Source of the DNA: Candidatus Bathyarchaeota archaeon
GTDB lineage: Archaea; Thermoproteota; Bathyarchaeia; Bathyarchaeales; Bathycorpusculaceae
DNA: 64,000 nucleotides
Reading direction: 5' to 3'
NCBI GenBank assembly: GCA_963777155.1
Contig: CAVZPM010000038.1
Span: forward strand, 32,001-96,000
Shown here piece by piece: positions 49,608 through 59,376 of this stretch. A program made the translations under genes and the position numbers. How positions within the stretch are numbered: position 1 is the stretch's first letter; the number at the start of each line of letters is the position of its first letter. The notes below the pieces were generated by a model. The model was not told the origin of the DNA. It saw only the letters and a list, made by a program, of their open reading frames with translations, and did not search any database.

Positions 49608-50466
49608 TTACTCTTTTTTCACTATTTCCAAACTTATGTCAAGAGCTTTAACAGTGTGAGTGAGTTCACCCAAACTTATGATGTCCACCTGCGCCGCTGC
49701 ATACTCAAGTAGATTTTCGCTCGTAATTCCTCCACTTGCCTCAAGTAACACCATGCTAAACCCTGCTTTTCTCAATTGTTTGGACAGCATCTTTAGCTTG
49801 TTTGGGAGAAAAATTGTCCAACAATACTATGTCAGCACCAGCCTTTGCAGCTATCACAGCATCCTTAGTGCTGGTTACTTCAACTTCGATTTTCTTGGTA
49901 AAAGAAGCATTAGCTTTTGCCCTCTTTACAGCTTCCTCAACACTTCCCACAATGGATAGGTGGTTGTCTTTAATCATAACCATGTCATCCAAATGCAACC
50001 TATGCGGATCCCCGCCCCCAAGGACCACAGCTTTTTTGTCGAAGTAGAGCAACCCGGGCGCGGATTTGCGTGTTGCCGCAATCTTTGCTTTCACGTTTGC
50101 CTTCTCAAGTTTCTCAGTCAAGGAGCGAGTTTTGGTCGCAATACCGCTCATTCGCGAAAGAAGATTAAGCAAAGTCCGCTCGACTGTAAGCACAGTTTGG
50201 GCATCTCCTGAAACCTGCATCAGAATTTGCTTGTTCTTTATTCTCTCTCCATCAGCAACCATAGCTTTAACAGTTAACCCCAAGCATTCAGCAAGTAATG
50301 TGGCTTCTTCGATCCCCGCTATTATTCCAGCTTCTTTTGCAACAACCTCTGCATTAACTTTCAAATTTGCGGGAACAACTGCTGACGCTGTTACGTCGCC
50401 CAATCCTATATCATCGGCGAGGATTTGTTTGAGCTTCTCCTCCACGATTCGCTTTGGAATAAACAT
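49608..50466 (-). CDS. nadC: nicotinate-nucleotide pyrophosphorylase (frameshifted)
   Basis: ERTLLN, TRK, HR, IKDNH, EVEV, LDN; EASGGI and LDISL in second frame. Confidence 0.94.
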
Positions 50467-50563
50467 ACTTGTAGTGTTGACGTTTAGAGCTTAAAATGCT
50501 TGCCTTTCCTTGGTTGAAGTAAGCTATAGTTCAAATATATTCATGCAGTAACCAGTATACCAT

Positions 50564-51708
50564 ATGCGACTGCTACTCAGCTGCTCCGAACTCGGATTGG
50601 GACATGTTTCGCGAATCATTCCTCTAGGGAAGCTGCTGAAGAAAAACGGTCATGAATTATTCTTTTTTTCCGGCGGAAAAGCCTATGAATTGCTCCAAAA
50701 AGAATTCAGCCACGTCTATAAATGCACACCAATTTCATGGTACGAAAATGCCCATGGCATAATCACCTCCGCCTCACTAATCAACCTGTTATTTCCCCTT
50801 CCACTCTTCAACGTGGAACTAAACAGACTAGAAATGAAAAGATCCAACGCCATGGAAACCATCAACCGCTACTATGATTTAAGAGAAAACCTGCATGATA
50901 TTGCACCAGATATGCTTATCGCCGACGGTGACATAAACGCTCTAAGGCTAGCTCAAAGATGGAAAATTCCCTCAGTCTACATTGCAAACATGATTAGACC
51001 AAGCTACGGCTTCTCATCTTTTCTAAGCCCAGGCGAACGGTTAGTCGAACGGTACGTTAAGCAGTGCTCAAAAATAATAATTCCCGACAACCCGCCACCC
51101 TACACTGTATCCGAATATAACATCGGCAACTTGGACAAAATGAATCTAAACCGAAAAAGTTGAGTATGTAGGAAGCTTTGTCGATACCACACCCGTTGCA
51201 GGTGAGCAAGAGCATATTTTCGCTCCAATAAGCGGTCCCAGTAGGAACAAGGGCAAAGCTAACGAAGACTCTTTTGCCAGTGCTCGAAAAACTAAAAACA
51301 AAATGCGTCATAAGCTTGGGCACACCTGGCAGGAAGGCTTCAGCGAAAATTGGCAACTGCGAAATCCACACCTGGCTGTCGCCTGAAGAACGCGAACAAG
51401 CTATGCGAAATGCCAAGTTTGTAATTTTCAGCGGCGGACATGCAACATGCTTTGAAACGATCAAGTACGCTAAACCAAGTATCTGCATCCCCACACAACC
51501 CGAACAGTTGGGCAACGCAGCTAAACTGCAGGACTTAAACTGTTCAATAACTGTAAAAAACCAGAAAGCAACTTGAAAAAGCAGTTGAAAAGATGGAAGA
51601 ACAAAAAATAGACTACGAACAGAAATGTGGAAGCGTTAAATCAGTTTTCTAATAGATATAATGGTTTGAACCGAGCGGTTTCGATTAGTTGAAAATCTAC
51701 TGGATTAA
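50564..51708 (+). CDS. GT-B glycosyltransferase (GT28/MJ1255-like, frameshifted)
   Basis: GLGHVSR N-terminus; GGHAT..E, PTQPEQLGNA C-terminal motif; several indels. Confidence 0.82.
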
Positions 51709-51710
51709 GG

Positions 51711-52337
51711 CTATTGTTTTGTTAGGTTTAATCGTTTGATTTCGCCGTTTGGTGTTACTTCATCAAAGACGATAGCTTTGAATTTGTAGATTCTAGCATC
51801 TTTAGTTAGCCAGCTGTCTGGGGGCACGCCTGCTTTCATGCAGCATTGACACAAAAACTCCTCCTCGCACCAACCCCATTCCACTGGCACCTGCGGCAAA
51901 AGCAATCCCTTGTAGGGACCCCGCTCAACGATTAAGCCGTCTTCGCCGACTTTAATTTTGCTTACGTATTCCTTTGGGTTTGCCACTTCCACAAGTTCAG
52001 GTGGTGTGAGCACGCTTACTTCAAAAACAACCTTTTCCAACTCATCTGACGATAAGGGCTCAAACCTTGGGTCTTCTGTAGCAGCATTAATGGCGTTGTC
52101 AATCACTGCCTCTACAAGTGGACATGTAGGGTATGGATAGCCGATACACCCACGGAGCTCCTTCTCATCACCTCGGAGGCTGTTTATGGTTACAAAAACG
52201 CCACATTGTGAAAAGAGTTTTTTGGGTGTCTCTTTTGGTGGTTTAAGGGCTTTGCCCGTTTTGAGGTACTGTTGTACGGTGTTTCTTGCAAGTTGGATTA
52301 GGAATTTTCCTTCTTCTTGGGTTAATTCAAACGACAT
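51711..52337 (-). CDS. AMMECR1 domain protein (TIGR00296)
   Basis: GVFVT, LRGCIG, DPRF, EVSVLTPP, GLLLPQV. Confidence 0.93.
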   Translation of the reverse strand: MSFELTQEEGKFLIQLARNTVQQYLKTGKALKPPKETPKKLFSQCGVFVTINSLRGDEKELRGCIGYPYPTCPLVEAVIDNAINAATEDPRFEPLSSDELEKVVFEVSVLTPPELVEVANPKEYVSKIKVGEDGLIVERGPYKGLLLPQVPVEWGWCEEEFLCQCCMKAGVPPDSWLTKDARIYKFKAIVFDEVTPNGEIKRLNLTKQ

Positions 52338-52414
52338 ACTTTTTCTACCTTCAAGGAGCCTATGCACCACTCAATAGCTCAGTTAACTAAAAAAATATTA
52401 AAAAGAAGAATAGG

Positions 52415-53114
52415 TTAAAACTTTATGGATTCTTCGGAGACGCCTTCCTTAGTTATGATAAGGAAGTCAATGCCGTCGCCACTCATGGAATCTCTACTTA
52501 CCGCAGACTTTATTGAGCGAGTGACGAGTTCTTTTGCTTCTTTCAGGCTCATGGTTTCTTTGTATCCTTCTTCTAAAACACCCATAGCGATTTCTGTGCC
52601 TGAACCCACAACGGCATACTTGTCAGGAATTAAGTGAACCTAAGACGTCAAGCACATAGAGTGATGCACCTTCTTCATCTAAGCCGCCGACGATTGTCTG
52701 GGTGAATAATGGTGAGTATCGTCGGTTGAACAGTACGTTAGCTAAGAGTTTGGATGCTGAACGTACACTGATTTTTCTTCCGACATCCATACTGAAAAGG
52801 TTCGCTTGCGCCTGCATTTCTTTGGCAAGAATCTGCATGTCTCCTACCAACCCCGCACATGCTACGCCGATTTGGTCTGTTACTTTGAAGACTTTTTTGC
52901 CGCCTTTACTCATGATGAAGTTTCCATATGTGACTCTTTTTTCTGAAGCTAAAATTACTCCATCTTTGAAGATAGCGCCCACTGTGGTGGCGCCTGGCAT
53001 CCATCCGCCTCCTTGCTGGGCTTGGTTGCCTTGAGCTTGTTGCTGGTCTTGCGGCATCAGCTGGATTTGTGGAATATTTGGTAATCCAGGTAATTGTGGT
53101 CCATAACCTTCCAT
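52415..53114 (-). CDS. psmB: proteasome beta subunit, probably non-catalytic (frameshifted)
   Basis: ATTVG, ASEKR, GLVGD, GSG, RDSMSG; split at about 52630. Confidence 0.92.
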
Positions 53115-53195
53115 AATTTTCGCCTTTTCTTGATATACACAACACAAATAATTAAGGTTACTTATAACCATTATAGAGTAAGCGGAGAGGCTTGA

Positions 53196-53366
53196 ATGAG
53201 TGAGTCTAAACCGTTAAAGTGCCTAAAATGCGGCAAACTCATCGGTTATATAACCGTAAGTGCCAAGAGCTTGTTAGTTACTAAACCTGACGTGGATAAC
53301 GTTAAGTTGACTGCTACCTGCATTGGTTGCTCTGGTCAAAACAGTTTTTATATCAGAAACTTTTAA
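53196..53366 (+). CDS. small zinc-finger protein
   Basis: Hand translation, 56 aa, MSESKPLKCLKCGKLIG...ATCIGCSGQNSFYIRNF; GGAGAGG RBS. Confidence 0.7.
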   Translation: MSESKPLKCLKCGKLIGYITVSAKSLLVTKPDVDNVKLTATCIGCSGQNSFYIRNF

Positions 53367-53405
53367 CATGCACTCCGACCATTCATCCACGGAGGATCGG
53401 TAGAA

Positions 53406-53990
53406 ATGATTGAAGTCTACAACCAAAACTTTGATAACACATGGTTTTCAATCGCCATAGATCAACAACAAATCGTGGCATCATCGTTTGGAGCAGACCA
53501 ATCCGCAACCGTAAAAAATGTTTTAGGCAACATATCCTTCAACTGTCCTTTTCAGGTCTTCCTTGAACCCACAACATTTGCCAAAAACGCGCTTGCAACA
53601 TTGAAGAACATTTACGACGGAAAGAAAGTCACCCTCAACTTGCCCTTGGCAATAGACAATTTACGATCCTACACCAAGAAAGTATTAAGAACAACCTTGA
53701 CTGTCCCGCTTGGGTACGTAACTTCTTATGGTGCAATTGCTAAAGCGGTTGGCGGTGGTCCAAGAGCGGTTGGAAATATCATGGCATCTAACCCGTTTGC
53801 CCCTATAGTTCCTTGCCACAGAGTTGTTAGAACGAATTTTTCGTTGGGTGGTTATGGTTTTGGTTTGAAAACAAAGATTGAGCTGTTGGGAAGAGAAAAA
53901 CAAGGATTTTCTTCTTGTAGAGAAATTGAGGTTCTGGGCGGGCGACTTATGGTTTTTCCAGTTGAACAGGTTCTCCGAAACTTCGCCTAA
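53406..53990 (+). CDS. ogt: methylated-DNA-protein-cysteine methyltransferase
   Basis: RAVG, NP..PIVPCHRV. Confidence 0.95.
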   Translation: MIEVYNQNFDNTWFSIAIDQQQIVASSFGADQSATVKNVLGNISFNCPFQVFLEPTTFAKNALATLKNIYDGKKVTLNLPLAIDNLRSYTKKVLRTTLTVPLGYVTSYGAIAKAVGGGPRAVGNIMASNPFAPIVPCHRVVRTNFSLGGYGFGLKTKIELLGREKQGFSSCREIEVLGGRLMVFPVEQVLRNFA

Positions 53991-54047
53991 ATTTCTGTGC
54001 ACAAATCATAAATGCAGGCGAGCCCCACTCAAAGCAAGTGAGCAATC

Positions 54048-54572
54048 ATGGTTACTCGAGGCTTATATGTTGGAAGATTTCAGCCTTTTCATCTGGGACA
54101 TCTAGACGCCATCAAGTATGCCTTGAAAAAGGTTGATGAATTAGTAATAGTCATTGGCAGTGCCCAATACAGCCATAACTCGAACAACCCGTTTACGGCA
54201 GGCGAACGGCTGGTTATGGTTCGCCGGTCGCTGTCGGAGGCTAAAGTGGATTACTCGAAACTCTGGATTGTTCCAGTGCCAGACGTTCACCTGCATATGC
54301 TTTGGGTAAGCGCAGTTGAAGGCTATACACCAAAATTCAGCGTCCTATTCTCCAACGAGCCCTTAACCAAGAGACTCTTTATGGAAGGCGGTTATCAGGT
54401 CAAAACTATTCCGCTGTTTGAAAGAGAAGTCTATAACTCAACTTTTGTTCGCGAAAAAATGGTTAAAGACAACAGCTGGACCGAACTAGTTCCCAAGAGT
54501 GTAGTTGACTTTATTTTGGAAATAGACGGGGTCAACAGAATTAGGGACCTAACCAGAACAGACAGGGTTTAG
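54048..54572 (+). CDS. nadM: nicotinamide-nucleotide adenylyltransferase
   Basis: GRFQPFHLGH, NPFTAGER. Confidence 0.95.
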   Translation: MVTRGLYVGRFQPFHLGHLDAIKYALKKVDELVIVIGSAQYSHNSNNPFTAGERLVMVRRSLSEAKVDYSKLWIVPVPDVHLHMLWVSAVEGYTPKFSVLFSNEPLTKRLFMEGGYQVKTIPLFEREVYNSTFVREKMVKDNSWTELVPKSVVDFILEIDGVNRIRDLTRTDRV

Positions 54573-55136
54573 TTAAACAACCACTTTATCCTTTGAAGCC
54601 TTATTGTAGTATCGCCAAGCCAACAGGTAAACTGAGATCAATACGAAAAGTTCTGCAAATATCCCTAAAAACATGTCACCTGAAAGAGCTATAAAATTGT
54701 TGGCTATGTGAAGGCTCACAGAAAGTAGGTAATAGGGCAGGGGATTCTTTTTGGCTATGCCGTAAGCAGTTATAGCTGCACTGGAAGAGTGAAAAATAAT
54801 GCCTGGAAATCTGGAAATAGGAGAAGCTCCTAAAGAGAAAACGTACAAAACAAACTCCGAAATACCAAAACCCAACCCAATCAAAACGCCCAAGGTAACA
54901 TATGATCTCTCTGTTTCTCCATGTCTATAGAATAGCGGGAAAACCTTTGCAAGCTCCTCGATGAAGGGGGCCAAAATAACAACCGCCAAAGCCGCAGGAA
55001 ACAGAGTATAGAATTGAGAGAAGAACAAAGCAAATGGAATGCTCACAAGAATTCCAGAGGAAAAAAAGAACACTAACTCTCTAATGGTCGGTTTATGAAT
55101 TGGAATAACACATTGGCGCTGGGGTTCAGATTCCAC
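54573..55136 (-). CDS. PrsW family intramembrane metalloprotease
   Basis: APFIEELAK, GLGFGISE, H...H.ANN. Confidence 0.88.
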   Translation of the reverse strand: MESEPQRQCVIPIHKPTIRELVFFFSSGILVSIPFALFFSQFYTLFPAALAVVILAPFIEELAKVFPLFYRHGETERSYVTLGVLIGLGFGISEFVLYVFSLGASPISRFPGIIFHSSSAAITAYGIAKKNPLPYYLLSVSLHIANNFIALSGDMFLGIFAELFVLISVYLLAWRYYNKASKDKVVV

Positions 55137-55197
55137 AAAAACGAGCTCCTACAAAATAAAGAATATTTTCTTCCTTATCTGCTTTTTTACTAAGACC

Positions 55198-56568
55198 CTA
55201 AAAGCCTGAGGATATAAGGTCTGAGGGCTTGATTATTTCCCTTAATACCACCGTGGCATAGGAGCCTCTTAGCAACATAAAACTCATCTTTGCCTCAGAC
55301 GTGCCTTCTTGATTCGCCGAAACACTCTGCAACTTAAAATCGCGGACAGGAGTAACAACAGCACGTAAACCTCCTCGTCCACCCGTCCTTGAAAGTACGT
55401 TTACCTGCAACCCTTCAGTTCCGATTCCTTCTTGCACAAGAACCTGATTTTCTATCTGCCCCATGATACCTTGGGAAAGCTTTTGTTTGATCCCAAAAAT
55501 TGGCAGAGCAACACGCAATCGTCCAGTTTTGATTTGAGCGTTAATTTCAACCAAATTCTCGTTAGACGCAACTTTAGCAACGTTTGTCATGGGCAATCCA
55601 GAACGTTCCACACCAACTACAAAATCACCTGCAACCGCCTTATTCAAAGGTAAATCATGCTTGACCCGTTCGCTTAGGAAACGATTAAACAAGTAGGATT
55701 GGTGGGCTTGAACAAAAAGCGCTTGCAGTTTAAGTGGTAAACGTTGGAAAGCTCCGGTGAAATCATCTGGATGATCGGATAGATGGTTTAGCATTTGCCG
55801 TTCGAATCGGAGTTGTTTAGGGAAACTGTCTTTGGCTAATTTGAAGTCTTTGGTGGTTTCTAATTCTTGGCGGGCTTGTCTTGAAGCAGGGTGTTCATGA
55901 ACGCTGGGTTTAGCCAGAAAAAGCATCGTTGCCTCCTCAAAATCACCTTGAACAAGGGCTTTTCCAACCAGATGAGTGATTGGACGGGTGGTCCCGAATC
56001 GCTGATGACCGAAAAAGTTTGGGGCTCCGCCCAAAACATTTAGTTCGTGGATTGTTTGGGTTATGCGCTCGACTACTTCCACCTCTGACAGATTTAGGTT
56101 CTTAATAGTTATCGTAAAGTTGTTTCCTAACAGGTAGAACAAAGACATCTGCTCTCGGACGTAACCAATTGGATGCACTTCAACGTCTTTTAATTCGACT
56201 TTCTGGGCATCCTCTACAGAAACGTTCGTTATGCTGACATGCTGGGCAGTTACTGCCTTAGCGTCTTTTATCCCTGCAAACTGGACTCTTGTCTGATCGA
56301 CGCCCAGGGACTTAGCCACGTTTTTAACAGCGATAAAAGTGTCCCAGTTACGCTTAACCAAGATACAAAGCAGGAAACGCTGCCTCTGAAGCGTGGAACC
56401 CAAAACTTGACTCGGAACTGAACCATCCACGGAAGCTTTAGAACCATCTACAAGAATCTCTTCAACCACAAAATCATCGACTGACTGTTTGATTTTGCCA
56501 CCGATGCCTTCAGTTGTGGTGGTGTAGACTTTCATGCCAAGAATGTTGTCGATTTCAGGAACAATCAA
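55198..56568 (-). CDS. truD: tRNA pseudouridine(13) synthase
   Basis: DFVVEE, AGIKDAKAVT, GNNF, PNFFGHQRFG, GSYAT. Confidence 0.95.
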   Translation of the reverse strand: MIVPEIDNILGMKVYTTTTEGIGGKIKQSVDDFVVEEILVDGSKASVDGSVPSQVLGSTLQRQRFLLCILVKRNWDTFIAVKNVAKSLGVDQTRVQFAGIKDAKAVTAQHVSITNVSVEDAQKVELKDVEVHPIGYVREQMSLFYLLGNNFTITIKNLNLSEVEVVERITQTIHELNVLGGAPNFFGHQRFGTTRPITHLVGKALVQGDFEEATMLFLAKPSVHEHPASRQARQELETTKDFKLAKDSFPKQLRFERQMLNHLSDHPDDFTGAFQRLPLKLQALFVQAHQSYLFNRFLSERVKHDLPLNKAVAGDFVVGVERSGLPMTNVAKVASNENLVEINAQIKTGRLRVALPIFGIKQKLSQGIMGQIENQVLVQEGIGTEGLQVNVLSRTGGRGGLRAVVTPVRDFKLQSVSANQEGTSEAKMSFMLLRGSYATVVLREIIKPSDLISSGF

Positions 56569-56576
56569 AAAATCGC

Positions 56577-56940
56577 CTATAGCAGCTTGAGTTTACCAGT
56601 TAATCGGTCAATCATAGCTGATGGCGCTGGACCAATACCCAAACAAGTAATAGTTCCCTCAGGAATCTGAGTTAAACCACGGTCAACAATCAACGCATGA
56701 GGCAACCCAAAATCCTCTGCAGCCTCCTCCAAATCGCATAACTCTTTCTCTGTCTGAACCTTAACTGCGACTTTCTTTTGCCCTTCATACAACCATGCGT
56801 CCCACCATTTTTTATGGTGTACGTATGCATCTTGGGCTGCGGAGATGGCTGCATGTCCTGCTTGCGCTGCGATTTTACCTTTACCCATTTGCAGGTCGGT
56901 GCGGAAAGACGAGGACTTGTTTGTATTCGAACTGACTCAT
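56577..56940 (-). CDS. pth2: peptidyl-tRNA hydrolase Pth2 (frameshifted near 5' end)
   Basis: YKQV, MGKGKIAAQAGHA, DRGLTQ, GIGP, TGKLKLL. Confidence 0.93.
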
Positions 56941-56974
56941 TTTAGTTCCCGACTGTATGTTAGCACTGGAGATT

Positions 56975-58227
56975 TTAAGGGTTTGCAGACAAGTAAAGCA
57001 GCCCAAAGTAGAGGAGAGCGGCTGCCATCGCTGGCTTCTGAACAGCGGTTAGCAACATTTTACCCTGAAAATCTATTTCATCCACTTCACGTAATGTTTT
57101 ATCGACACCCAACTTGCCACAGACGTGAAGCATCTCATCTAACTTTTCGTCGGAAAGAGAATTAAGAAACCGCCTTAGCCTTAACATAACGTTAAAGTCG
57201 AAACGCATCAAAGAATCACAACGCTTCTGATACGCCTGCAAAACTCTAGAAGAAACATCGTCTTGCGCAATGGCTTTAGCCTGCTGCTTCCGCAGCTTCC
57301 TTTGCAGCGGTTAACCCGAAGATGACGCCGCCGCCAGTGGTAGGCTTCACTTGGGAAGCACAATCGCCAACAGCTAGAAAACCGTTGGTGTATGCCTGCG
57401 GAATTGGACCAGCCAAAGTGATCGCGTGGAAGCCAACATTTGTCATTGTTGGCTTTTGCAAGTTGTTTTGAAGCAATTGGATGTCTTGTCATTAGTCTTT
57501 TTAGGTATTCTCGTGGATCACCTTTGTTTGTCGCTAACCCCACTTTTGCTGAGCCATCAGGCCTTGGAATAAGCCAACCATAAAAGCCCGGTGCATAAGC
57601 CTTTCCAAAATAAACTTCAACCGCGTCAAGGTCAACATTCTGAACATTTTCCATTTCTGCCTCAACAGCGTACACTATTCCGTTTGGTTTGAGTGGAGTT
57701 AAGCCTGTTTGCCGCAGAAGTCTCGATGAGATCCCTTCAGCGTCCACTACAATTTTGGAGTTAACTTGCACTATAGCGCCATGGTCCTGGAAGACATTGA
57801 TGCCTTTAACATATCCATCAGCCATTGTCAGTGATTGAACAGGGGAACTTAATGCAAAGGTTGCTCCAGCAGCCTCGGCTTGCCCTGCCAAATACTGATC
57901 AAAGCGTGTCCTGTTCAAAGCAACGGTAACTGGACAGGAAAGGTGTAGCGAGAATTTGGTGCCGTAGGGTGAGTAAAAGTTGGCGGTGCAAAACTTGTTC
58001 TCCAAAATGCCATCGGGAAGTGGATAGAGACCCATTGTTTTTAGACTTCGAATGCTGATATGTCCAGCGCAGTGTGAGGGCACTCCAATTTGTGGATGCT
58101 CCTCAAAAACTGTGACCATGACACCTTTTTTTGCCAGGTTTAGTGCTGTATATGAACCGACTGGTCCACCCCCAACTACAATAACGTCTGGATTATTGGC
58201 TATGAAGGGTTGCTTGTGGGCAGTCAT
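56975..58227 (-). CDS. geranylgeranyl reductase family flavoprotein (frameshifted)
   Basis: GGGPVG, PSHCAG, DAEG, YGWLIP, GDCASQVKPTTGGG across three ORFs. Confidence 0.88.
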
Positions 58228-58469
58228 GATTATGCAATAAAACTAAATCGTATATAAGCAAAAGGGCAAATCGTTAGGCTCAGTTTAAAGTACCTTGATA
58301 TACGATGTCACATATTTTTGGAGCTATAGGACTCATCAGAGAATAACTGGATCTAGAACCTCAAGGGCAGATTTATATCACTGTTTTTTCGAAAAACTTT
58401 GTTAGAAATGAATAGAATCAGAAAGAGATAAAATAAAAAAGAAAAGGGAGTTGTTTTTTCTCTATGGTT

Positions 58470-58865
58470 TTATGGGTGTTTTCTTGCTACTGACCAGACT
58501 ACTACGGCTATGAGAACTATTATGAGAACAATCATAACAGCGGATAGCGGTAGGAAGTATAGGTCAGCCATTGATTGTGGCGCTGCAGTAGTTGGTGCAG
58601 GAGTGATATTAGGTGTTTGCATGACGTTGAATGCGGTTTCAGATGACGATTGCCAGTATGAATCTGAGCCAGCGAATGTTGCGAATACCTTGTATGTTCC
58701 TGGAACTTCTGGTTTGTATGCTGTAGCGAACACGCCGAGTGCGTCTGTTGTGGCAGTACCGATGACGTAAGAGTTACCGTTGGGGTCAATGGTCGATAGA
58801 GTGACAGTTACTCCTGTTGCGTTAGCTGGGCGTGGTCCTTGTTGATACACGTACTGCATTGTCAT
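58470..58865 (-). pseudogene. 5'-truncated C-terminal part of beta-propeller surface protein family
   Basis: MQYVYQQ.P.P.NATGV...DPNGN...SMADLYFLP-TM-RKHP aligns to the last ~130 aa of 622-3324; no signal peptide or propeller. Confidence 0.8.
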
Positions 58866-59128
58866 ATCGTTAGATTTGACTAAGGGGTTTGGACAGCGAC
58901 CAAATCTACTGCAAATTCTCCTCTTTCACTAGAAACGAGACAATAAAAATAATCATAGCTTTAGATTTACGATTTTTCGTTTTTCTTTTCTCCTTAAAGT
59001 TTTGCGGAAAGACCAAGTGAATTGACTTACAAAAGTTGCGGAAAATATGAAAAGGTAAAATCACAAAAATCATATGAAGAAAAAACGTTATTAACAAAAA
59101 AAATTAATATACAAAAAAATGAATTGCT

Positions 59129-59365
59129 TTAACGTTGTTGAACCAATTCGATTCGGCGTTTGCCACGAGACATCGATGAAGTGCGGATTTTACCACTTAC
59201 CTCAAGCTTTAGCAATAGTTCATTGAAGTCCTTGAAGCCAAGATCTTCGTACTCATCTTTAAGCGAGTCAAAAAGGTCGTCGTCTGTGAGGTCGCCCTTC
59301 TTAGTTAAGACTTCTAGTAGATAAAAATAAGCTGGTCGGGTTTTCCAAGTTTTCATCTGTGGCAT
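59129..59365 (-). CDS. small winged-helix-like protein downstream of cdc48
   Basis: MPQMKTW...DFNELLLKLEVSGKIR; AGGAAGG RBS before ATG 59365. Confidence 0.75.
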   Translation of the reverse strand: MPQMKTWKTRPAYFYLLEVLTKKGDLTDDDLFDSLKDEYEDLGFKDFNELLLKLEVSGKIRTSSMSRGKRRIELVQQR

Positions 59366-59376
59366 AAACGTCCTTC

